This document shows, piece after piece, positions 1 through 9,868 of a stretch of DNA of 32,000 bases (within the stretch, counting starts at the first letter, position 1; every line of letters starts with the position of its first letter). The translations under genes and the position numbers were made by a program. This DNA is from Candidatus Saccharimonadota bacterium (GTDB lineage: Bacteria; Bacteroidota; Bacteroidia; Flavobacteriales; Blattabacteriaceae), in the NCBI RefSeq assembly GCF_014251775.1, contig NZ_CP059199.1:270001-302000 (forward strand), read 5' to 3'. A model generated the notes under the pieces. That model searched no databases. It worked only from the letters and a program-made list of their open reading frames with translations, and was not told the origin of the DNA.

Positions 1-173
1 AAAGCATGCATCTCAGTAGGACATACGAAAGTGAAATCTTTTGGATAAAAAAAAAGTATTATATATTTCTTGCCTAAGAACTGTTTTATAGTAAAATTTT
101 TTACAATATCTTTTCCATTTAAAACAGCACTAGCAACAAAATCAGGTGCTTTTTTCGAAATTAATGTTTTCAT
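1..173 (-). CDS. ahpC: 2-Cys peroxiredoxin (AhpC/Tsa family), N-terminal part only; the gene runs off the left edge of the window
   Basis: This ORF is not in the supplied track. My own translation of the minus strand from the ATG at 173..171 gives MKTLISKKAPDFVASAVLNGKDIVKNFTIKQFLGKKYIILFFYPKDFTFVCPTEMHA. It contains the peroxidatic-Cys motif FYPxDFTFVCPTE and stays open to position 1. Confidence 0.85.
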   Translation of the reverse strand, partial: MKTLISKKAPDFVASAVLNGKDIVKNFTIKQFLGKKYIILFFYPKDFTFVCPTEMHA

Positions 174-231
174 CAATCAATTATTTTATTTTTACTAATT
201 TAAAAAAAAATTATAATATAAAATATAAAAA

Positions 232-2073
232 TTATCCATATCCATTTAATTTTTTATCAATATTATTTTTTATTTTAGTTAAATATATAATCTTTCTCAA
301 AGATAGATTATTATTATTGAAATTTTCAATTTCTTTTTGAATTAATACCATAATATATATTAATTTATATCTAAGTAAAATTTCATTTAAATATTGATAA
401 AATGTGATTTCATCAGAATTATATATTATACCTTTTTCATTAATGTTATTAAAATCATCATAATTATGATAATGATTTAATACGATTTTTTTTAAACTGA
501 TATTATAATTTTCTTCCGATTTATATTTATAACTTATTTTTTCAAAAATTTCTTGATTTTTTTTTGATAAAAAACGAATTTTCCAAAATTTAAAAGTATT
601 TAATATTATTGAAGTAACATTATTATTAAATTTTTTTATTACATTTTTTCCATATTTCACAATCATTCGCATTAATTCATTCTCAATATTAGTATATATT
701 ATATTTTTTTTTACTTGTTTAACAACACATTTAACATAATTAATGGATTTAACCGGGTTAACGGATATTTTTTCTAGTTCATTAATTAAAATTTCTTTAC
801 TAATGTTAAATCTTTTAGATATCTCTTGTAAATATAATTCTTTTTGAAGAACATTATTGATCTTGGATATACTACTTAAAACATTAAAAATTAATAAATA
901 TTTTTTAAATACATCATTGTTATGATATTTTTCATATACTTTCTGTTTAAATGAAATAAAATTATGACTATTTTTCTTTATAAAATCTTTTAATTTCTTA
1001 GAAGAATAATATTTTTTGGATATAGAATCAGGATCTTCACCTTTGGAAAGAAATACTATTCTTAAATTGATTTCTTGTTCCAAGAAAAAATTAATTATTC
1101 TTAAAGAAGATTTAATTCCCGAAAAATCTCCATCATAAAAAAGAATAATATTTTTTGTGAATTTTTTTATCAACAATATTTGATTAACATTTATAGATAT
1201 ACCAGAAGTAGAAACTACATTTTTTATTCCAGATTGATGCAAAGAAATAACATCTGTATATCCTTCTACTAAAAAACAACTGTTTTCTCTCAAAATAGAA
1301 CTTTTAGCCTGAAATAATCCATATAACATTTTACTCTTTTTAAAAATATCGCTTTCTGGTGAGTTTATATATTTAGTAATTCTAATGCTAGAGTTAGTAG
1401 AATTATTCAATTCTAAATATCTTCCGCCAAAACCAATAATTTTTCCTGATAAAGAATGAATTGGAAACATTATTCTATTTCTAAAACGATCAAAAATTTT
1501 GCAATTTTTAGAAAAAACCAATCCCGATTTAATCAGATAATTAGACTTTAATCCATTTTTTAAAGAATTTTTTGTAAATCTCATCCATGAATTTGAAGCA
1601 TATCCTAACTCAAATTTCTTTATTATTTCTAAATTAAATCCTCTATCATTCATCAAGTAATTTAATCCATATTTTAATCCTTCTTTATTAAATAATTCAC
1701 TGATAAAAAAATATTTAGCATATTTTTGTATACGATATAGTTTTTCTTTTATAGAATTTTCTTTCTTTTGAAAGAATTTTTTTTCTTTAATTAAAACATT
1801 ATATTTTTTGGCTAAATAATGCAATGATTCTACATAAGAAAATCGTTCATATTCCATAAGGAATGTAATAATATTCCCACCTTTTCCTGAACTAAAATCC
1901 TTCCATATTTTTTTTATAGGAGAGACGATGAATGAAGGATTTTTCTCTTCTGAAAAAGGGCTAAGTCCTCTATAATTTGATCCACTTTTTTTTAATTCTA
2001 CAAAATCTCCAATAACATCTTCTATACGAGAAATAGATAAAATTTTATTTTTTAATTTTTGAGAAATTATCAT
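232..2073 (-). CDS. dnaG: DNA primase DnaG, with a degenerate zinc-binding domain
   Basis: 613 aa. The N-terminus aligns to the primase zf-CHC2 region (EKNPSF...GKGGNIITFLME). TOPRIM motifs are present: VEGYTDVISL and LFYDGDFSG. Confidence 0.9.
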   Translation of the reverse strand: MIISQKLKNKILSISRIEDVIGDFVELKKSGSNYRGLSPFSEEKNPSFIVSPIKKIWKDFSSGKGGNIITFLMEYERFSYVESLHYLAKKYNVLIKEKKFFQKKENSIKEKLYRIQKYAKYFFISELFNKEGLKYGLNYLMNDRGFNLEIIKKFELGYASNSWMRFTKNSLKNGLKSNYLIKSGLVFSKNCKIFDRFRNRIMFPIHSLSGKIIGFGGRYLELNNSTNSSIRITKYINSPESDIFKKSKMLYGLFQAKSSILRENSCFLVEGYTDVISLHQSGIKNVVSTSGISINVNQILLIKKFTKNIILFYDGDFSGIKSSLRIINFFLEQEINLRIVFLSKGEDPDSISKKYYSSKKLKDFIKKNSHNFISFKQKVYEKYHNNDVFKKYLLIFNVLSSISKINNVLQKELYLQEISKRFNISKEILINELEKISVNPVKSINYVKCVVKQVKKNIIYTNIENELMRMIVKYGKNVIKKFNNNVTSIILNTFKFWKIRFLSKKNQEIFEKISYKYKSEENYNISLKKIVLNHYHNYDDFNNINEKGIIYNSDEITFYQYLNEILLRYKLIYIMVLIQKEIENFNNNNLSLRKIIYLTKIKNNIDKKLNGYG

Positions 2074-2093
2074 AATTAATCAATTAATTATTA

Positions 2094-2744
2094 TCAATAT
2101 TTTTTTAGTTTACGTATAATTTTTTTTGGATCTAAATCAGAGAAAATAGTTGATCCAGAAACGATAATATCTGCTCCATTTTTGAATAAAAAGTAGGCAT
2201 TTTCTAAATTAATTCCACCATCTACCTCTATCAGAGCATAAGAATTATTTTTTAAAATCAAATTTTTAGTGTCTTCTATTTTTTTATATGTATTATCTAT
2301 AAATTTTTGCCCACTAAAACCTGGATTTACACTCATTAATAAAACAAAATCAATATCTTTAATAATATCTTGTAATAGAATAACAGGAGTATGTGGATTT
2401 ACTGCAACGCCTACTTTAAGACCATATTGTTTTATGGAAAATATAGTTTTATTTAAATGAATACATGCTTCATAATGAACATGTAAATGATCAGCTCCAG
2501 AATTTTTACATTGTTTTATATAAAGTTCCGGTTTTGAAATCATTAAATGTACATCTATAGGTTTAGACGCATATTTTTTTACATATTGGATAAATGAATA
2601 TCCAAAAGATATATTTGAAACAAAAGATGAATCCATAATATCTATATGAAACCAATCGGCTTCACTTTCATTTAACATTTCTATATCACGATATAAAAAA
2701 GCTAAATTAGCTGATAACAAAGATGGAGCTATAATTTTTTTCAT
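2094..2744 (-). CDS. rpe: Ribulose-phosphate 3-epimerase
   Basis: 216 aa with motifs PSLLSAN, HIDIMD, VNPGFSGQKF and EVDGGIN. Confidence 0.92.
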   Translation of the reverse strand: MKKIIAPSLLSANLAFLYRDIEMLNESEADWFHIDIMDSSFVSNISFGYSFIQYVKKYASKPIDVHLMISKPELYIKQCKNSGADHLHVHYEACIHLNKTIFSIKQYGLKVGVAVNPHTPVILLQDIIKDIDFVLLMSVNPGFSGQKFIDNTYKKIEDTKNLILKNNSYALIEVDGGINLENAYFLFKNGADIIVSGSTIFSDLDPKKIIRKLKKY

Positions 2745-2796
2745 ATAATTAATATTTAATAGAAATTAAAAGATATTATGTTATTTATTATTTATT

Positions 2797-3603
2797 TTAT
2801 ATTGATTTCATTAATAATTCACTAATTCCAGTTTTTGAAAATCCCCCATCATGATATAAATTTTGCATAGTAACTTTTTTTGTTAAATCTGAAAATAATG
2901 TAATTATATAATTGGCACAATCCTCTGCTGAGGAATTCCCTAATGGTGACATTTTTTCGGAAAAAGTAAAAAATTTATCAAATTCCTTAATTGCTCTAGA
3001 AGATCTAGTAATAATTGGAGATTGAGAAACTGTATTTACTCTTACTTTTTTTTTATTTCCCCAATAATATCCAAAATTTCTAGCAATACTTTCTAAATAA
3101 GCTTTATAATCGGCCATATCTCCATAAAATGGATAACTTCTATGAGAAGCGATATAGGTTAAAGCTACAATAGATCCCCATTCATTCATGACATTTTTGT
3201 TCCAAGCAATTTTCATAATTTTATGAAAAGAAACAGCAGATATATCCCAACCTTTTTTTAAAAAATCATAATTTAAAAATGGATAATCTATTTTTTTTCT
3301 AATATTTAATGACATTGCTATGGAATGCAATAAAAAGTCTATTTTTCCTCCAAGAAAATCTAAAGTTTTTTCAAATAACATATCTAAATCATAAATAGAT
3401 GTAGCATCAGCTGGAATAACTATTGATTTGGTTTTATTAGATAAATCATGAATTTTTCCCATTCTTAATGAAATCGGAGTATTTGTTAATACAAAAGTTG
3501 CATTTTCTTCATAAGCGCGTTCTGCTACTTTCCAAGCAATGGAATTTTCATCTAAAGCACCAAATATAATTCCTTTTTTTCCTTTTAGAAGATTATAAGA
3601 CAT
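2797..3603 (-). CDS. fabI: Enoyl-[acyl-carrier-protein] reductase (NADH), FabI type
   Basis: 268 aa. N-terminus LLKGKKGIIFGALDENSIAWKVA, a YK catalytic region (MADYKAYLES) and a C-terminal LYHDGGF motif, all typical of FabI. Confidence 0.88.
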   Translation of the reverse strand: MSYNLLKGKKGIIFGALDENSIAWKVAERAYEENATFVLTNTPISLRMGKIHDLSNKTKSIVIPADATSIYDLDMLFEKTLDFLGGKIDFLLHSIAMSLNIRKKIDYPFLNYDFLKKGWDISAVSFHKIMKIAWNKNVMNEWGSIVALTYIASHRSYPFYGDMADYKAYLESIARNFGYYWGNKKKVRVNTVSQSPIITRSSRAIKEFDKFFTFSEKMSPLGNSSAEDCANYIITLFSDLTKKVTMQNLYHDGGFSKTGISELLMKSI

Positions 3604-3612
3604 AAAATTTTT

Positions 3613-4866
3613 TTATTCAAAAATATCATTTATTATTGGTAAATAATCTAATTTTTCCCATGTAAATAATTCTACTTCTTTTTTTATAGAATTGCCTTTG
3701 AAATCTAAAAAATATTTAGATTTTTTTTTGGGAATTCTCCCCATATGTCCATAAACAGAAGTTTCTTCATATATAGGGTTACGTAATTTTAATCTTTTTT
3801 CTATTGCACATGGTCTTAAATCAAAAAATTTATTTATATTGGATGCAATAATTTCATTACTGATTTTTGATTTACCGTAATTATTAACTGAAATACTGAT
3901 GGGTTCTTCTATTCCTGCAATATAAGATATTTGTATTAATATTTCATCTGAAATACCTGAAGCAACAATATTTTTGGCTATATGTCTTGCTTCATATGCA
4001 CCAGATCTATCCATTTTAGATGGATCTTTTCCTGAAAAGGCACCACCTCCATGAGAACCTTTTCCTCCATATGTATCCACAATAATTTTTCTTCCAGTTA
4101 CTCCAGTATCTCCGTTAGGACCTCCAATAATAAATTTTCCTGTAGGATTGATGTAATATTTAGTACGATCTGTAAATAATTTTTTAGTTTTATCCGATAA
4201 AAAGTTATTCTTAAAGCTAGGAATTAATATGTTTTTAACATCTTTAACTATTTTTCGGTGCATGTTATCTTTGGTATCAAATTCATCATGTTGAGTAGAA
4301 ATAACCACAGAATTCACATGTTTTGGGATATCTTTTTTAGAATATTCTATAGTTACTTGAGATTTAGAATCTGGACGTAAATAAGTCATTTTATTTCCTT
4401 CATTTCTAATATTGGATAATTCTTTTAATAGATTATGTGAAAATTCTAAAGATAAAGGAATATAATTATCAGATTCTTTAACTGCATATCCAAATACAAT
4501 ACATTGATCTCCTGCTCCAATAGTTATTTTATTACCATTACCATTCTCAATTCCTTTAATTAAATCTGTAGATTGTTCTTGAATGGATGTTAGAATTCCG
4601 CATGATTCTGCATGGAATTTATATTCGTTTTTAGTATATCCTATTTTTCGAAGAATATTACGAGATATTCTTTGAATATTCAACCCAGTTTTAGAATTTA
4701 CTTCTCCAGCTACTATAATTTGACCGGTAGTTACTAAAGTTTCTATAGCAACTTTCGAAGTAGGATCAAATGCTAAAAAATGATCTAATATAGAATCCGA
4801 TATTTGATCGGATATTTTATCAGGATGACCTTCTGAAACGGATTCACTAGTGAATAAATAAGACAT
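3613..4866 (-). CDS. metK: S-adenosylmethionine synthetase
   Basis: 417 aa with motifs FTSESVSEGHPDK, GAGDQ, DTYGG and GGGAFSGKD. Confidence 0.95.
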   Translation of the reverse strand: MSYLFTSESVSEGHPDKISDQISDSILDHFLAFDPTSKVAIETLVTTGQIIVAGEVNSKTGLNIQRISRNILRKIGYTKNEYKFHAESCGILTSIQEQSTDLIKGIENGNGNKITIGAGDQCIVFGYAVKESDNYIPLSLEFSHNLLKELSNIRNEGNKMTYLRPDSKSQVTIEYSKKDIPKHVNSVVISTQHDEFDTKDNMHRKIVKDVKNILIPSFKNNFLSDKTKKLFTDRTKYYINPTGKFIIGGPNGDTGVTGRKIIVDTYGGKGSHGGGAFSGKDPSKMDRSGAYEARHIAKNIVASGISDEILIQISYIAGIEEPISISVNNYGKSKISNEIIASNINKFFDLRPCAIEKRLKLRNPIYEETSVYGHMGRIPKKKSKYFLDFKGNSIKKEVELFTWEKLDYLPIINDIFE

Positions 4867-4877
4867 TTTTTATATAA

Positions 4878-5960
4878 CTACTCATTAATTTTATTTTGAA
4901 TTTTAATAGATTCCTTATGTAATAAATTAAAAATTCTTTCTAGAAAATCTTCGGATAATCCTAAATTTTTTCCTAAATTAATAGATTGTTCCATTACCGA
5001 TTTCCATCTATTTGGTTGTAAGATATCAACATCTGATGTATTTTTTAAAATACCTAATTTTTTAGAAATATTCATTCTTTCTGATAAAATTGATATTAGA
5101 TTTTCATCTAATTCATCTATCAATATTCGTAAGGAATATAAATTTTTTTTATATTTTAATTCTGATTGTTTTTGTTTTATAAAAATTTCTTCTAATAATT
5201 TTAACAAAACTTTAGGAGTGATCTGTTGTTTAGAATCACTCCATGCTTGATTAGGATCACAATGACTTTCTATCATTAATCCATCACACGAAAAATAATT
5301 CAAAGATTTTTTTGCAACATCAAATATCCTATCTTTATTTCCACAAATATGAGAAGGATCACATAAAATTGGAATTCTAGGAATATAATTCTTAATATCC
5401 AATATTAATTTCCAGTTAGGTTGATTACGATATTTAATACTTTTATAAGTAAAAAAACCACGATGGATTAAACCTAATTTTCTAATTCCTTTTTTATATA
5501 AACGTTCTATTGCTCCTAGCCATAATTCTATATCGGGATGAATTGGATTTTTTACTAAAACAATTATTTGATCATCTCCTTCTAAAGCATCCGCTATTTC
5601 TTGAACGATAAAAGGGCTAGTAGTACTTCTTGCTCCTATCCATAAAATATCTATTCCATGAGATTTACATAAATTTACATGTTCTGCATTTGCCACTTCT
5701 GTGGCTACCATTAATCTTGTGTATTTCTGAACTTTATTTAACCATTTTAATCCATTTTTACCAATTCCTTCAAAATTTCCTGGTTTAGTTCTAGGTTTCC
5801 AAATTCCTGCTCTGAATACCTGAACATAAGATTTATCCAATTCATATGCAGTGTCTAAAATTTGCTTTTCACTTTCTGCACTACAAGGACCGGATATTAT
5901 AAATGGTTTATCAAATTTATCAATCCAAGATCTGTCTATTTTATCATTTAAAATACCCAT
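4878..5960 (-). CDS. aroG: Bifunctional 3-deoxy-7-phosphoheptulonate (DAHP) synthase / chorismate mutase type II
   Basis: 360 aa. The N-terminal ~260 aa look like a type I-beta DAHPS/KDO8PS-like barrel (FRAGIWKPRT, LCDPSH). The C-terminal ~85 aa look like an AroQ chorismate mutase helix (LRILIDELDENLISILSERMNISKKLGILK). Confidence 0.85.
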   Translation of the reverse strand: MGILNDKIDRSWIDKFDKPFIISGPCSAESEKQILDTAYELDKSYVQVFRAGIWKPRTKPGNFEGIGKNGLKWLNKVQKYTRLMVATEVANAEHVNLCKSHGIDILWIGARSTTSPFIVQEIADALEGDDQIIVLVKNPIHPDIELWLGAIERLYKKGIRKLGLIHRGFFTYKSIKYRNQPNWKLILDIKNYIPRIPILCDPSHICGNKDRIFDVAKKSLNYFSCDGLMIESHCDPNQAWSDSKQQITPKVLLKLLEEIFIKQKQSELKYKKNLYSLRILIDELDENLISILSERMNISKKLGILKNTSDVDILQPNRWKSVMEQSINLGKNLGLSEDFLERIFNLLHKESIKIQNKINE

Positions 5961-5991
5961 TACATTATATTTAGTTTATACATAATATTTA

Positions 5992-6834
5992 TTATAATAA
6001 ATTTTTTATTTTATTTGATTCTTTTAATAATTTTTTTATGCTTAAAATATCGTTTTTATTCAATGATTTTTTTAAAAATTTTAGTTGTTTCATATATAAG
6101 TCAATAGTATTAATTAAATTAATACGATTAGATGAAAAAATAGATATCCATGTTTCAGGATTACTTTTTGCTAAACGTACAATAGAATAAAAACTACTTC
6201 CAATCATTTTTTTTAAAATTTTTTCTTTTGAAAAAAAATTTTCTAAAATAGTTTTAGCTAAACAAAAAGATATAACATGAGGTAAATGAGATATATATGA
6301 TATATACATATCATGATCTTCAGCATTTATATAACTAATATTCATTTTCATAATAATAGAAAATATTTTTTTAGTAATGAATAATGCATCAGAATCGCTT
6401 AGTTGATAATCACAAATAATACAGTTTTTATGATAAAAAAGTTCTTCTTTTGCTGAAGTCGGTCCTGAATTTTCTATACCAGCAATTGGATGGGTTGCTA
6501 CAAATCTACTTCTATTGGGATGAGAATAAACACTATTACAAATATCATATTTAGTAGAACCTGTATCTATCAAAACTTGATTCTTATTAATATTATTAAG
6601 GATAATTGGTAATATTTTTATTATATTATTTACCGGTATAGATAATATAATAACTGAAGATTTTTTAATTAAATCTTGAAATGTAATAATCTCATCTACA
6701 ATTCCTAATTGTAGTGCTTCTAATGAATTGTTATGATTAGAATCTGTTCCTACAACTTTAAAATTCAATTTTCTTAAAATCAATCCAATTGATCCTCCAA
6801 TTAATCCTAATCCTATAATTCCAATAATTTTCAT
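5992..6834 (-). CDS. tyrA: Prephenate dehydrogenase
   Basis: 280 aa with the Rossmann motif IIGIIGLGLIGGSIG and the THPIAG motif. It sits inside the aromatic amino-acid cluster. Its ATG overlaps the upstream aminotransferase stop by 4 nt (ATGA). Confidence 0.85.
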   Translation of the reverse strand: MKIIGIIGLGLIGGSIGLILRKLNFKVVGTDSNHNNSLEALQLGIVDEIITFQDLIKKSSVIILSIPVNNIIKILPIILNNINKNQVLIDTGSTKYDICNSVYSHPNRSRFVATHPIAGIENSGPTSAKEELFYHKNCIICDYQLSDSDALFITKKIFSIIMKMNISYINAEDHDMYISYISHLPHVISFCLAKTILENFFSKEKILKKMIGSSFYSIVRLAKSNPETWISIFSSNRINLINTIDLYMKQLKFLKKSLNKNDILSIKKLLKESNKIKNLL

Positions 6835-7997
6835 AAAGAAATTCTATTTTTAGCTTCTATTAAAATATTTATCGGACAACAAATAGAAATCCTAACATAG
6901 CCTTTACCATTGTTCCCAAATACTCTTCCTGGAGTAATAAATATATTGTATTTTTTTAAAATTTTTTCGGACCACATAATATCATTGTCATTATTATTTA
7001 ATTTAGCCCAAACAAAAATTCCTGAATTATTTTTTTTTGAATATCTTATATTTAATAAATCACATATTTCCCATATAATTTTTCTACGTTTAGTATATTC
7101 TTTATGAAGAATAATAAACCAATCTTTTGTTTTATTATTCTTCATAGCTTCTATTGCACCCATTTGAATTGGATAATACATACCTGAATCCATTTGGCTT
7201 TTTACTTTTAATATATTTCGAATAAAATTTTTATTTCCAATTACCATCCCCACTCTCCATCCAGGCATATTATAATTTTTACTTAAAGAATTTAATTCTA
7301 AAGCTATTTTTCTAGAATTTTTTGCATTAAATATACTTAAAAAATTATAGTATTTTTCTGTAATGCAACTATAAGGATTATCATAAACTAGTAAAATATT
7401 ATTTTTTATTGCTAAAGAAATAATTTCTTCCAATTTTTTTAAATCAATATTTGCTCCTGTAGGCATATGAGGATAATTAATCCACATAATCTTTACTTTA
7501 GTAAGATTCATGGAATCTAATACTTTTAAATTAGGCAACCAATTATTTTTCTCATATAAATTATAATATATAATATTTGCACCTAATAATTTTGATATCG
7601 AAGAATAGGTAGGGTATCCTGGGTTAGGGATAAGTACTTCATCACCTTTATTTAAATAACACATACTAATATGCATAATCCCCTCTTTAGATCCTATTAA
7701 AGGTAAAATTTCTTCATTAGGATCTATAATAACGTCATATATATTTTTATACCAATTAGAAATAGAATTCCGAAGTTCGTCGATTCCAATAGAAATTTGA
7801 TAAGAATTAGCACAATTTAATTCCGATGCTTTTTTCATCTTATTGATTACTCCACTTGGAGGAGGAAGATCAGGATTTCCAATTCCTAAATTAATAATTT
7901 TGATTCCTTGTTTTTCCAGATCACGAATCTCCTTCATTTTTATGGAAAAAAAATATTCTGATATTTTTTTGATTCTATCGGATTCTTCTATAATCAT
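6831..7997 (-). CDS. Class I/II pyridoxal-phosphate aminotransferase, probably an aromatic/aspartate/prephenate aminotransferase
   Basis: 388 aa with the PLP-lysine region NSLSKNYNMPGWRVG plus NPGYPTY and NYPHMPTG motifs. It lies between pheA and tyrA. Confidence 0.8.
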   Translation of the reverse strand: MIIEESDRIKKISEYFFSIKMKEIRDLEKQGIKIINLGIGNPDLPPPSGVINKMKKASELNCANSYQISIGIDELRNSISNWYKNIYDVIIDPNEEILPLIGSKEGIMHISMCYLNKGDEVLIPNPGYPTYSSISKLLGANIIYYNLYEKNNWLPNLKVLDSMNLTKVKIMWINYPHMPTGANIDLKKLEEIISLAIKNNILLVYDNPYSCITEKYYNFLSIFNAKNSRKIALELNSLSKNYNMPGWRVGMVIGNKNFIRNILKVKSQMDSGMYYPIQMGAIEAMKNNKTKDWFIILHKEYTKRRKIIWEICDLLNIRYSKKNNSGIFVWAKLNNNDNDIMWSEKILKKYNIFITPGRVFGNNGKGYVRISICCPINILIEAKNRISL

Positions 7998-8839
7998 TAT
8001 TTTATAATATTTACTCCATTTTTATATTCTCCCATAATTGATAAATTGTGAAGACAAGGAATATTTTTTATTCTTTTTTTCATGGTTTCATATTTATTAA
8101 CATTACTAAATATAATATCTATATAAAATGAATATTCCCATGGTCTTTTCAAGATAGGAATGGATTGAATTTTAGTCATATTAATTCCGATACTTGATAT
8201 AAAGCTTAATATTTCAGATAAACTACCAATAGTATGTAAAATTTTTAATCTTAGCGAAGCTTTATTAAACGAATAATTATTCTTAATTGGTAATTTATTA
8301 ATTACAAAAAATCTTGTAAAATTACTATCTATAGTTTGAATATTTTCATGTAAAATTTCTAAACCATATTCTATAGCAGCATTTTCTGATGCAATAGCTG
8401 CAATTCCTCTTTTTCTATTTTTAGAAATATATCTTGCAGCAGAAGCTGTATCTATATATTCAGATATTTTTCTTATAGATGGATATGAGTCTATAAATAA
8501 TTCACATTGTAAAAGTGCCATGGGATGAGAAATAATTTCATATATTTCTTCTATTTTTTGTCCTGGATATGCCATTAAATTATGTTTAATCTGCATATAT
8601 ATCTCTCCTATAATTTTTAAGTTGTATTTGGAAAGAAGACTATAATTGGGGAGTATTGTCCCAGCAATAGTATTTTCTATAGCCATAACCCCAAAATCTA
8701 CATCAGATTTATAAACAGAAAATGCTAGTTCTCTAAAAGAAGAACATTCCATCAAACTATAATCATGACCTTTAAAGTATAAGGAAACAGCAGAATGATG
8801 AAAACATCCTTTTATACCTTGTATTGCTATTATTTTCAT
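7997..8839 (-). CDS. pheA: Prephenate dehydratase with a C-terminal ACT domain
   Basis: 280 aa with motifs IAIQGIKGCFHH, ENTIAGTI and NFTRFFVI, and an ACT-like tail (IQSIPILKRPWEYSFYIDI). Its stop overlaps the downstream aminotransferase ATG by 1 nt (TAATG). Confidence 0.88.
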   Translation of the reverse strand: MKIIAIQGIKGCFHHSAVSLYFKGHDYSLMECSSFRELAFSVYKSDVDFGVMAIENTIAGTILPNYSLLSKYNLKIIGEIYMQIKHNLMAYPGQKIEEIYEIISHPMALLQCELFIDSYPSIRKISEYIDTASAARYISKNRKRGIAAIASENAAIEYGLEILHENIQTIDSNFTRFFVINKLPIKNNYSFNKASLRLKILHTIGSLSEILSFISSIGINMTKIQSIPILKRPWEYSFYIDIIFSNVNKYETMKKRIKNIPCLHNLSIMGEYKNGVNIIK

Positions 8840-9020
8840 GAAAATAAAATAATCATTCTATCTATTATTATAGATATCATCCATATGAAAAAATCTAATG
8901 TTTACTTAATGAATATTTTTTACAACAAATATAAAAAATTTCATTTAATATTCCATAAATATAGACAAGATAGAATAGAAAAAATATTATCAATTAATGA
9001 TTTGTTATTTTTCAATAGAA

Positions 9021-9046
9021 AATTAAATTTTTTTAAAAATTTAATT
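9021..9046. repeat. All-A/T inverted repeat (12-bp arms, 2-nt spacer). It may be a weak terminator-like hairpin downstream of rplI.
   Basis: aattaaattttt-tt-aaaaatttaatt has perfectly complementary arms. It lies 24 bp beyond the rplI stop. No clean U-tract follows on either strand. Confidence 0.3.
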
Positions 9047-9069
9047 ATAGTTTAGATAAATAACAATTT

Positions 9070-9522
9070 TTAATTCATTACTAATACTTCAAAATCTAAT
9101 AAAAATTCCTTTTTTCTATGTAACCGAATAGAAGCTTGATATTTTCCTATAGATTTAATCGTTTTTTTTCCATGAATTCTAATAAATTTTTTTTCAATAA
9201 AAATTCCTTTTTTACTTAAAAAATTCATAATATATTGATTATTAATAGATCCAAATAATTTTCCATCTTTACTAACTTTAACGGGGATTTTTATAACTAA
9301 ATCTTTTAACTTTTTTTCTATTTTATGTGCTTTTTTAATTAAAGAATCTTCTTTTCTAGAACGTTGTTTTAAAATTTCCTTATTATTTTTCAACAATCCT
9401 AAAGAAGATTCTACCGCTAACCCTCTAGGGATTAAATAATTTCTTGCATAACCCGGTTTTACATCTATTTCATCATGTAAGAACCCTAAATTTTCTAAAT
9501 CTTTTTTTAAAATAATTTTCAT
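9070..9522 (-). CDS. rplI: 50S ribosomal protein L9
   Basis: 150 aa with N-terminus MKIILKKDLENLG...GYARNYLIPRGLA, typical of L9. It is the last gene of the rpsF-rpsR-rplI arrangement. Confidence 0.93.
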   Translation of the reverse strand: MKIILKKDLENLGFLHDEIDVKPGYARNYLIPRGLAVESSLGLLKNNKEILKQRSRKEDSLIKKAHKIEKKLKDLVIKIPVKVSKDGKLFGSINNQYIMNFLSKKGIFIEKKFIRIHGKKTIKSIGKYQASIRLHRKKEFLLDFEVLVMN

Positions 9523-9534
9523 TAATTTATTTTT

Positions 9535-9858
9535 TTATCTTAAATCATCTGTAATAAATGGCAATAATCCAATTTGTCTACATCTTTTAATCGCGGAATT
9601 CAATTTATTTTGATTTTTCTTTAAAGTTCCCGTGATACGACGAGGTAGTATTTTACCTTGTGCATTAAGAAATTTTACTAAAAATGTAGGATCTTTATAA
9701 TCTATATATTTAATATTTCTTTTTTTAAAAAAACAATATTTCTTCTCTATTTTTGTCTCTATTTTAATAGGAGATAAATATCTTAAATCACTTTCTGATG
9801 TTGATGTAGATTTATTATTATTTTTATACTTTTTTTCATTTTTTATTTTTTCTTCCAT
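9535..9858 (-). CDS. rpsR: 30S ribosomal protein S18
   Basis: Conserved core YIDYKDPTFLVKFLNAQGKILPRRITGT...KRCRQIGLLPF. I moved the start to the internal ATG at 9858 (107 aa). The 131-aa track ORF would overlap rpsF by 62 nt. Confidence 0.88.
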   Translation of the reverse strand: MEEKIKNEKKYKNNNKSTSTSESDLRYLSPIKIETKIEKKYCFFKKRNIKYIDYKDPTFLVKFLNAQGKILPRRITGTLKKNQNKLNSAIKRCRQIGLLPFITDDLR

Positions 9859-9868
9859 AATCAATATA

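Noticed and set aside
8795-9055. 86-aa ORF (or a 56-aa version starting at ATG 8885) in the pheA-rplI spacer.
   Set aside because: Its 5' end overlaps the pheA start on the opposite strand. The sequence is low-complexity and has no motif I recognise. Open frames of this length arise by chance in a spacer this AT-rich. I kept the region only as a low-interest spacer observation.
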